DNA of 53,485 nucleotides from a virus (lineage: Duplodnaviria; Caudoviricetes): positions 1-53,485 of the IMG/VR virus record IMGVR_UViG_3300025805_000002. One strand, 5' to 3'. Under the pieces are notes generated by a model that was not told the origin of the DNA, searched no databases, and was given only the letters and a program-made list of their open reading frames with translations. Below, piece after piece: positions 35,778 through 43,458 of the stretch. The translations under genes were made by a program, and so were the position numbers. The first letter of the stretch is position 1; every line of letters starts with the position of its first letter.

Positions 35778-37452
35778 CTTTCTTCCTCTCGTCAGAGGCC
35801 GTGTCGTCGACCGTGCCGTCTCCGGCCTCGCGGGTCTCGCCAGACACGGCGTTCATGGCATTGGTCTCTTCGGTCTCGATCTCCAGTTCCTTCATCACGC
35901 CCTGTTCGCGGGCGATCTGCTGGAACATGGGCCGCCAGTCCTTGCCCATGCGACCGATCTCTTCCTCGTAGGTCGAAAGGCGGTTCTTGATCCGCAGGAT
36001 GGCCGCCTGGGTCTCCTTCAGTTCGTCGATCTGACCCCGGCTCGCGCCGATCCAGTCGCACTCGCAGAAGGCTTCCATGTTCAGGCCGTCATACATATTC
36101 GGCACCGAGCGGGCGTTCATGGTCGTGATCTCGCCCATGTTGACCGCTTCCTCGAACCAGAGCCGAAAGACCATGGTGGCGAACCGATCCGCGACCATGC
36201 GCTTGCGGCTCTGCATGAACTTCCAGGTCTCGGTCATGCCTGCACGGGCGCTGGAATAGTTCGTCTCGCTGTAGTCCTTGGACAGTTGCTCGTAGCTGAC
36301 GCCGAGGTCGGCGGCCAGATAACGCAGAAGCGATTGCTCGAACTCGCCGCCCACGCCGCCGGGGTTGCCCATCGGCAGCATGTTCAGCTTGGTCCCCGGC
36401 ATGAGATGCGGAATCTTCACGCCGTCGATCTGCATGTTCCGGGCGTTCCCAGCATAGGCCGAGATCGCGCCGAGGAACTGCTGGGCATAGTTGACGATGC
36501 TGGCGCCCACGTCGCCGCCACCCAGGGCCTCGAAGACCTGGGTCGAGGGGAGTTCCGACTCAATGGCCGCCGCGAAGGAGGCGTTGACCACGGCGTTCTG
36601 AAGCGTGATGTCCCGGAACCGCTTGGTGATCCGCATTTCCTTCAGAGCGGCGCTCAGTTGGGACACGCCTCGGGTCTGCCCAGGGCGATCCTGTTCCATG
36701 ATGTGGATCACCTGCGGGCGACCGAAACTGTTTCGGGCGCGCACATAGCTCCAGGAGACCGATTGCTTCCAGTCCCACATTCCGCCGCGCGAAGCGTTGC
36801 GGATGTAGTATCCGAGCGGGGCACCGGCAGCGTTCAGGCGGACGCCGCCACGGGTCCGCTCCATGTCATAGACCTGATCGGACGGGTTCGACAGGCGGTC
36901 GAGGGCGATCATCTGGATCGCGGTGCGATAGGGCCGGTCAGTGTCCCGAGACCATTCGGCGGTCGCCAGAAGCTCGCCGCCCTTCAGATAGACCCCGACT
37001 GCCAGACGGACCATGGAGGTCAACGTGTTCCTGCGAGCCGCGTCAGGCCAGTTGTTGAAGCTCTCGGCCCAGAGACTGAACTTGGCCTCGACCTCTTCGG
37101 AGAACTCGGTCCCCCAGGTCTCGTCCATCCCGAGAGCCTTCAGCTTCGGCTTCGAGTTCAGCATGAACTGCGAGCCGACGATGTTGTCTCGGTGCAGGCT
37201 GACGCCCGACAGCGCGAAGGCGTCGTTGCGGGTCATGTCGATGGCCCGCGCGTCCGTCAGGTCCTTGTCAGGCAGGATGTCGGCGTCGGCGCTCTGGATG
37301 GCGGGGTGCCACGTCGCAAGCGAACGGTCGAACTGGCTGGCCGCCTCGTAGGCACCGCCCATCATCTGGGGGGTGCCAGGGCGCGTCTCAGCCGCGACGG
37401 GGAGGCCAAGGATGTAGGCGGCCTCTTGATCGGGATCGTGGAACGTCCGCAT
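35770..37452 (-). CDS. Portal protein (lambda family)
   Basis: RPGQTRGV, LGVSYEQLSKDYSETNYSSAR, IDELKE. Confidence 0.92.
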   Translation of the reverse strand: MRTFHDPDQEAAYILGLPVAAETRPGTPQMMGGAYEAASQFDRSLATWHPAIQSADADILPDKDLTDARAIDMTRNDAFALSGVSLHRDNIVGSQFMLNSKPKLKALGMDETWGTEFSEEVEAKFSLWAESFNNWPDAARRNTLTSMVRLAVGVYLKGGELLATAEWSRDTDRPYRTAIQMIALDRLSNPSDQVYDMERTRGGVRLNAAGAPLGYYIRNASRGGMWDWKQSVSWSYVRARNSFGRPQVIHIMEQDRPGQTRGVSQLSAALKEMRITKRFRDITLQNAVVNASFAAAIESELPSTQVFEALGGGDVGASIVNYAQQFLGAISAYAGNARNMQIDGVKIPHLMPGTKLNMLPMGNPGGVGGEFEQSLLRYLAADLGVSYEQLSKDYSETNYSSARAGMTETWKFMQSRKRMVADRFATMVFRLWFEEAVNMGEITTMNARSVPNMYDGLNMEAFCECDWIGASRGQIDELKETQAAILRIKNRLSTYEEEIGRMGKDWRPMFQQIAREQGVMKELEIETEETNAMNAVSGETREAGDGTVDDTASDERKKDV

Positions 37453-37453
37453 A

Positions 37454-37675
37454 TCAGAACACCGCCCGCAGCGGGCCGTTCGAGCCCAGGTTCGGAGCCG
37501 AGAGGGTCCGCTTCAGTTCTTCGATGTAGGCGCGCAGACGCGGGGCGTTCGCCGCCGTGTATTCGACGCGCTCGCCGTTCTGGTCGACGACGACGCGGGC
37601 GCTGGTGCCGGTGAGAAGTTCGTGAAGGGCCGTTTCGGCCTCGACCAGTTTTTCGGCAATGGTCAGGTGAGCCAT
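37454..37675 (-). CDS. gpW-like head-tail adaptor
   Basis: ALHELLTG...DQNGERVEYT.AN...LRAYI. Confidence 0.85.
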   Translation of the reverse strand: MAHLTIAEKLVEAETALHELLTGTSARVVVDQNGERVEYTAANAPRLRAYIEELKRTLSAPNLGSNGPLRAVF

Positions 37676-37681
37676 GTCGCG

Positions 37682-39832
37682 TTACCCCAGAGTTTGTGCC
37701 AGTTGTGCAAGATCATAGTCGTTCGTCTTCTTTTTCGCAAACGGTTCCTTGTCCGTCGAGGGATCGAAGACAAGATCGTTCTCGTCCCATTCTCCGGCCC
37801 AGGCAGGCGGATCGCTCCAGTCGATCCGTTCGATGCCGACGTGACGGCGCTCGATCAGGAGGGCTTGGGCCATGACCAGAAGGTCCCAGGACTCGTTCCT
37901 GAAGCTCTTCGGGTTCTGCCAGACCCCGGTGTGATCCTTCACTTCGACGCAGAGTTCCTTGTAGAAGTTGATGTCCAGCCAGTGGGCGAAGTTGATCTTC
38001 CCGGAGAAGGTCTTGTCTCGTTCCAGCATGGCGTCGATCTGGTTTTTGATCGGCGTGGTGTTGACCTGCATGACCGGAATCTCACCGCGCGCACCGGCAG
38101 AGCGGTCGTTCCGGCCAGAATCTGGATAGGCGATCTTGACCCGAGGCTTCGGTTGCGCGGGCTTGCTCGGAACCCCCTGGTAAAGCTGGTAGCGGGCATG
38201 AAGACCCGGCACCCAGAGCTTGTTCCAGTGTTCGTGATCCGGCTCGTCATCACTCGGGCCGTTCTTCAACCAGCGCCAGAACTCATAGGCGTTCGAGGTC
38301 GCTTGGTTCATACCGCCCATGTCGTTCACGACAGCCTTGATCCGCATGTGGCGACCAGAGTTGTCTCCCAGCGGATAGGTCTTCAGAAGGACCTCTGGCA
38401 TGAGGAGTCGCCAGTCTTCCCGGAAGGTGAAGGGCTTGACATTGTGGACCTGTCCTTTGCGCTCTTCGTCCTCGCGCCGGGAGTGCCGGATGTCGAATCG
38501 GTCGATGATCCAGATGTCGCCGCCCTGGCCGATGCCCATGACCTGGACAACGAAGCGACTCTTCTGAACGTCGACCGCCGCAACCAGGAAACGGACGGGC
38601 GCAGGCACCACCTTGTAGCCATAGTCGTAGGCCCTCTCCTTCAGCTTCTCGGGAACGCGGTCGCTCTCCATGGCCTTCGGCAGATAGGGCAGCGAGAACC
38701 CGGTGTTCATCACCGTCTGAAGGCCCTCTTCCGAGCCTGTCCGCTCATAGGTCCGCTGGGCGTTGAAGTATTTCAAGACAAGGCCATCCCACTCGGAGAA
38801 GGCCGCGCAGACGCCTTTCAGCCAGAAGCTGGCCGTGCGGGCGTCGGTCTCGATTGCTTCGCTGACAATCTCTCCGTCAGGCGTGATCTTCTCGCCGTCC
38901 TTCAGCCAGAAGCCCCGCATGTTCATCTCATGCTTCCCCGGCATCTCGCCGCCGCTCTCGTGGTAGCGAGCCCCGCAATGCGGACACTCCAGGCGAACGG
39001 TCTTCGCGGTCTTGGACAGATTGCCGTCCACCGTGTCCCATTTCAGGAGGGGGAAGTCGGGCTCGAAAGCGTTGCCGCAGCTATAGCAGGGCCAGTAGAA
39101 CCGCCGCCGGTCGCCCTCGTTGTAGAGCGAAAGGATGCCGTCAGTCGGCGGGGCCTCGTGCGGGGTGGCCGGAGTCCAGCGGGGGTCCTTGATGGGGAAC
39201 GACGGCGAAGACTCTGCCACCGTCATGCCGTAGCGGCGGAACGAGGTCGAGCGCGCCTGGGCCAGAAGGAAGGGCGAGCCTTCGCCTTCGACGTTCTGAT
39301 CCATCCGGTCATAGTCTGTCAGGAAGAGTCGGGGGATCGGCTTGCCCGAGAGTTCGTTGACCGTGGGCCAGGAGAGCGTGACCATCGCGCCGCTGCGATA
39401 CCGCTTGTCGAAGGTGTTGTCATAGTTCCGGCCTCGGATCAGGCGATCCTTGACCTCGCTGGTGTCCCGATGAAGTCGGTCGATCCGGCGCTTCGAGAAG
39501 TCAGCCGCGCGGCTTTGGCTGGCCTCGACGAGCATCATGTCGGTGGGGTCACAGACCACGGTGTAGGTGTGCCAGTTCAGGTAGATTTCAGTCTTGCCGC
39601 ACTGAGACGGGCCGACGAAGACCATCGCGGTATAGCGCATACTGGTCAGGACGTTCATGGGCTCGATCAGATACGGGACCATGCTATTCTTCCAGGGACC
39701 GACGTAAGCTCCCTTGTTGTTCAGCTTGCGGTATTTCTCCGCAGCCTGGGATACGGTCAGCCGCTCCGGTGGCCGAACGGCTTCCGCTGCCGCGACCACG
39801 ATGTCTTCGAGGGAACCGAAGGGAAAGCTCAC
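37682..39832 (-). CDS. terL: Terminase large subunit (lambda gpA family)
   Basis: GPSQCGKTE Walker A, LTDYDR, ESSP, AVDVQ, RNESWD; GTG start with GGAGG SD. Confidence 0.92.
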   Translation of the reverse strand: MSFPFGSLEDIVVAAAEAVRPPERLTVSQAAEKYRKLNNKGAYVGPWKNSMVPYLIEPMNVLTSMRYTAMVFVGPSQCGKTEIYLNWHTYTVVCDPTDMMLVEASQSRAADFSKRRIDRLHRDTSEVKDRLIRGRNYDNTFDKRYRSGAMVTLSWPTVNELSGKPIPRLFLTDYDRMDQNVEGEGSPFLLAQARSTSFRRYGMTVAESSPSFPIKDPRWTPATPHEAPPTDGILSLYNEGDRRRFYWPCYSCGNAFEPDFPLLKWDTVDGNLSKTAKTVRLECPHCGARYHESGGEMPGKHEMNMRGFWLKDGEKITPDGEIVSEAIETDARTASFWLKGVCAAFSEWDGLVLKYFNAQRTYERTGSEEGLQTVMNTGFSLPYLPKAMESDRVPEKLKERAYDYGYKVVPAPVRFLVAAVDVQKSRFVVQVMGIGQGGDIWIIDRFDIRHSRREDEERKGQVHNVKPFTFREDWRLLMPEVLLKTYPLGDNSGRHMRIKAVVNDMGGMNQATSNAYEFWRWLKNGPSDDEPDHEHWNKLWVPGLHARYQLYQGVPSKPAQPKPRVKIAYPDSGRNDRSAGARGEIPVMQVNTTPIKNQIDAMLERDKTFSGKINFAHWLDINFYKELCVEVKDHTGVWQNPKSFRNESWDLLVMAQALLIERRHVGIERIDWSDPPAWAGEWDENDLVFDPSTDKEPFAKKKTNDYDLAQLAQTLG

Positions 39833-40608
39833 AGGACATCCTCCCACTCTTCGGCTTCTCTAGCGGCGTCCTCGATCCGTTTCTTGGCGATCTCGAAGTA
39901 TTTCGGTTCGCGCTCGATGCCAATGAAATTGCGCCCGGTGTTCATGGCCGCGACTCCAGTGGTTCCAGAACCCATCGTGAAGTCCAAAACCGTTTCGCCG
40001 AAGCGCGTGTAAGTTCGGATCAGGTATTCCATGAGTGCGACGGGCTTCTGAGTTGGATGCACTTGATCTTGCCGCCTCCAATTCTGTGCGAAAAATTGAA
40101 CTGACCGGGGGTATCTCTCCCCCTTACTCTCAGAATAGGCCCCTCCTGAAAATCCAGTCCCGTGTTCGTTTTTTTCGTGAGTCTTTGAAGCCTTATGAAA
40201 TCTTTTGTAAGGAGTCCCACCTTTCTCCATTTGAGGGAAATACGAAGTTTTCTCTCTTGAATTAGCGGAGAATACAAGAACATCTTCGTGGAACCGCATA
40301 GGCATAATAGCCGCTATTCCGGGGGAGCCACACTTTGATTTTTCCCAAACCCAAGAACACTTAAAAGCCTTCGGATTCGACATAACAAGTGCAGAAGTAA
40401 ACGGTTGACTTGCGGTGAATACTGCTGCGCCGTTCGGCTTCAAAGCTCGTCGAACCTGTTCCCACATCGGCTCGAATGGAATCACAGCGTCCCACTTGCA
40501 CTGAGTCGTTCCGTAAGGCGGGTCAGTAAGAACAAGATCAACAGAACCTGGCGTGATCTCTTTCATCGCTTCGAGGCAGTCGGCTTGAATCAATTCGTAT
40601 TTCGGCAT
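39829..40608 (-). CDS. Beta-class N4C/N6A DNA methyltransferase between terS and terL
   Basis: DLVLTDPPY, HPTQKP, VLDFTMGSGTTG. Confidence 0.9.
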   Translation of the reverse strand: MPKYELIQADCLEAMKEITPGSVDLVLTDPPYGTTQCKWDAVIPFEPMWEQVRRALKPNGAAVFTASQPFTSALVMSNPKAFKCSWVWEKSKCGSPGIAAIMPMRFHEDVLVFSANSREKTSYFPQMEKGGTPYKRFHKASKTHEKNEHGTGFSGGAYSESKGERYPRSVQFFAQNWRRQDQVHPTQKPVALMEYLIRTYTRFGETVLDFTMGSGTTGVAAMNTGRNFIGIEREPKYFEIAKKRIEDAAREAEEWEDVL

Positions 40609-41348
40609 TACAAGACATCCTCCAGATCGTCATCGTCGCCCAAAACGATTTCGGTCGAGGTCTCGTCCTCGTCCACATCGAAGAGCGAAGGCTTGGTGCT
40701 GCGCTCGCGCGCGGCATCGACCAACCCCTGGTAAATCTCGTCCTGGAGGGTGTCCCCGAGGCGGACCAAGAGGTCTCGCTGGGCGTCGGTCAACCCTTCC
40801 TGCCGCTCCACCGTGTCGGGCCAAAGCTGGACCGTCGACTTGATGATGGCGAAGGTGGACGACAGCACGGCCATCACGTCCTGTGTATGCCAAAGATCGC
40901 CAGCCAGGGCCTCCCACTTCTGGCGCTTCAGGCGGGCATCCCAGATTTCCTTCTGAAGCGATGCCGGGAGATCGGTGGCCTTCAGGTCCCGCAGATATGT
41001 GCCGATGTCCATTTTGGGCGTGACCAGATACTGCGCCGCGACCTTGATGTCATAGCGGAAGCTCTTGCCGTGCTGGGACATGGGGGGGCAGTCGACCAGC
41101 TTGTTCCGCACCCATTCGGTCGTCTTGCCGAAGACCGCCGCGAGCCAGTTGACCGTGACCCCGTTCTTGATGCTGACGGAACTCAGGTTCCCGTCCCTGG
41201 AGGTCGACGCCTTCAGGTCCGCCTGTTGCTTGATCGCCAGGGCCGCCCGTTTCTGAGCGCGAGACGGGGCAGGCTGAAGGCCACCGTGGGGCTTCGGCTT
41301 GGCCGCGCCGCCCAGGATCGCTTCGATGTCATCGTCATAGGCCGTCAC
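40608..41348 (-). CDS. terS: Terminase small subunit (DUF1441/Nu1-like)
   Basis: HTH VNWLAAVFGKT, K..WDA.LKRQKW...AGDLW, PDTVERQEGLT; upstream of terL. Confidence 0.8.
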   Translation of the reverse strand: MTAYDDDIEAILGGAAKPKPHGGLQPAPSRAQKRAALAIKQQADLKASTSRDGNLSSVSIKNGVTVNWLAAVFGKTTEWVRNKLVDCPPMSQHGKSFRYDIKVAAQYLVTPKMDIGTYLRDLKATDLPASLQKEIWDARLKRQKWEALAGDLWHTQDVMAVLSSTFAIIKSTVQLWPDTVERQEGLTDAQRDLLVRLGDTLQDEIYQGLVDAARERSTKPSLFDVDEDETSTEIVLGDDDDLEDVL

Positions 41349-42865
41349 GCCGCCATCCTCCGAATGTCTTCCATGCGGACGCGAACGGTGTCGGTGATCC
41401 TGTCTTGGGTGATCGCTTTCTGCGCGAGGTTTTCCGCCACTCTGGCGTCATTGGTGCCACGCGCAAGGATGCGATAGAGCCTGACGAACGATCCCTTCTG
41501 CCCCCTCCGATGAAGACGCTTATTAAACTGCTGGTATAGTTCAAGCGACCAGTTGAGTCCATACCAGACGGCGATGTTGCCCCCGTGTTGGAAGTTCAGA
41601 CCGTGACCTGCCGAGGCCGGATGAAGGATCATCGCCTTCAGCTTTCCGGTGTTCCAGTCGCGCAGATCGTTCGGCGTCTCGCCGTATGCGCGGACCCAGG
41701 GGAACCGCTTCTTGATCGCGTGGATGTCGAACTTGAAGCTGTAGGCGATCAGGACCGGACGCCCCGCTGCCTCGGAGAAAATCGACTCCAGTTCGTCCAG
41801 CTTGCGGTTGTGGATGTGTTTCGCCACCGGCTTCCGGTTCGGGTTCCACTGGCCGTCCTCTTCGTCCTCGGGCGCGTAGATCGAGCCGTTCGCGAATTGC
41901 AGGAGCTTGTTGCAGAGCACCGCGTTCGTCGGGGCCTCCACGTCGTATTCTTCCAGCGCCAGGGTGCGCTCGAACTCCCGATACATCTGCATGTGCCGAG
42001 GCGTCAGATTGACCCAGCGATCCACCACCTGGAGCGGCGGCAGCTTCAGATAGTCCTCTTCCTTCAGGCAGAAGAACACGTCCTTCAGCCGCCCCATGAC
42101 CTCGGCCTCGGAGTGATCGAAGGGCTCGTGGGTCTTGGAATAGGCGTTGTAGCGGAACCAGCGTTCCAGGAACTTCGTCCTGCTGGTCCCGAGCCGCTGG
42201 CCTTTGTCGAGGATGTAGAGCGGACCCCAGAGGTCGATGATGCCGTTCGGATTCGGGGTGCCCGCGAGTTCCCAGACCCACTTGAACTGGAGCCTGATCT
42301 TCCCGACGTAGCCGAACTCGGACAACCGCCGCTGGCTGACAGACCCATCCTTGCGGACGTTCGGCGTCGTGCGCTTGTTGCCAGCCTTCAGCCGCGATGC
42401 CTCGTCATAGATCATCACGTCGAACTGGCGGAACCAGCGGATACCCTTCTGTTCGTAGAGCCAGCGAAGGTTCTCCCGATTGATGATGACGACATCTGCC
42501 TCTTCCTGAAGCGCGGCCAGACGGGTTTCCTCGTCACCCACGACGCAGGCATAGTGAAGCTCTCGGGCGAAGTCCCAGCACATGATCTCGTCAGGCCAAG
42601 TGTCCGCCGCGACGTTCTTGGGAGCGATCACCAGGGCCTTTCGAGCCTTTCCGGTGGACCAGAGCTTCCAGAAGGCATGAAGTGCGGTCGCCGTCTTGCC
42701 AGAACCCATGAAGGCCCCGAGCAAAACGATTTCGTTCTTCTGAAGGAGGTCGGACATCCACCACTGGTATTCCTCGAAGTCCTTCTCCGTCAGCGTCACA
42801 GGGAAGCCGTTCAGGACCTCTTCAGCGCCAGCTTGCAGGTAGAGCCGCGTGCCCATCTTGCTCAT
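41345..42865 (-). CDS. SNF2-like helicase
   Basis: MGSGKT, YDEAS, AGTPNPN, HPASAGHGLNFQ, RLHRRGQ. Confidence 0.9.
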   Translation of the reverse strand: MSKMGTRLYLQAGAEEVLNGFPVTLTEKDFEEYQWWMSDLLQKNEIVLLGAFMGSGKTATALHAFWKLWSTGKARKALVIAPKNVAADTWPDEIMCWDFARELHYACVVGDEETRLAALQEEADVVIINRENLRWLYEQKGIRWFRQFDVMIYDEASRLKAGNKRTTPNVRKDGSVSQRRLSEFGYVGKIRLQFKWVWELAGTPNPNGIIDLWGPLYILDKGQRLGTSRTKFLERWFRYNAYSKTHEPFDHSEAEVMGRLKDVFFCLKEEDYLKLPPLQVVDRWVNLTPRHMQMYREFERTLALEEYDVEAPTNAVLCNKLLQFANGSIYAPEDEEDGQWNPNRKPVAKHIHNRKLDELESIFSEAAGRPVLIAYSFKFDIHAIKKRFPWVRAYGETPNDLRDWNTGKLKAMILHPASAGHGLNFQHGGNIAVWYGLNWSLELYQQFNKRLHRRGQKGSFVRLYRILARGTNDARVAENLAQKAITQDRITDTVRVRMEDIRRMAA

Positions 42866-43228
42866 GCTGCGATCCCCAGGATTCGGAGGGCGTCGGCCAC
42901 GTTGTCGCAGACATGGATGTGCGGATACTTCTTCTTCAACCGCTTTACCTCGCGCGCCTGCTGCGATCCCCAGGATTCGGAGGGCGTCGGCCACGTTGTC
43001 GCAGACATGGATGTCCGAATACTTCTTCTTCAACCGCTTGACCTCGCGCGCCTGCTGCCCCTCGGGCTCCTTGCCGGGGGCCTTGAACTCGATCCAGATG
43101 CACTTGCCATGGCCGAAGAACACGCGATCCATAGCCCCGCGCCGTCCGATCCACTGGACCTTTCGGACCTCGTATCCAGCCATCTCGGCCTTGGCGACAA
43201 CCTCCAGTTCGATCTGTTCTTCGATCAT
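42862..43228 (-). CDS. VRR-NUC nuclease, 3' end duplicated and read into the helicase in this sequence
   Basis: GAMDRVF...IEFKAPGK...Q. Confidence 0.8.
42865..43058. repeat. 94-bp tandem duplication with 3 mismatches
   Basis: Copies start at 42865 and 42959; junction microhomology TGCTGC. Confidence 0.9.
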
Positions 43229-43455
43229 TTTGGAGAAAATCCCCGTTTAGTTGGATTGGTGATGTTCGGAACTCCGTCATCAAGGGAGCCGACAGCGGGA
43301 ACCCTGTCTAGACCGCGAACAGCATCTAAAGCTGCGGTCCAGCCCAGCCGGAAAGCATCTGCCGTCTACGAAGGAGTGTCTACCGGAAGGCAGTGAGCAA
43401 CCAACGCTCTTCGGATGGCTTCATGGTTGTAGGCTGGCTTGTCGTGTAAACTCAT
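43225..43455 (-). pseudogene. 76-codon ORF with in-frame TAG at codon 30
   Basis: MSLHDKPAYNHEAIRRALVAHCLPVDTPS*TADAFRLGW...; final TGA overlaps the VRR-NUC ATG. Confidence 0.55.
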
Positions 43456-43458
43456 TTC

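Noticed and set aside
42865-43058. Repeat pair as DGR template/variable regions
   Set aside because: No reverse transcriptase; mismatches are not adenine-specific; copies are tandem
1150-43228. Several proteins ending in -AA as ClpXP degrons
   Set aside because: Largely explained by Ala-rich composition and GC(A/G)TGA start-stop overlaps; includes a structural protein
14465-43455. Genome-wide TAG reassignment
   Set aside because: TAG ends several normal genes (4687, 5222, 13699, 14468, 20655, 46367) and no suppressor tRNA was seen
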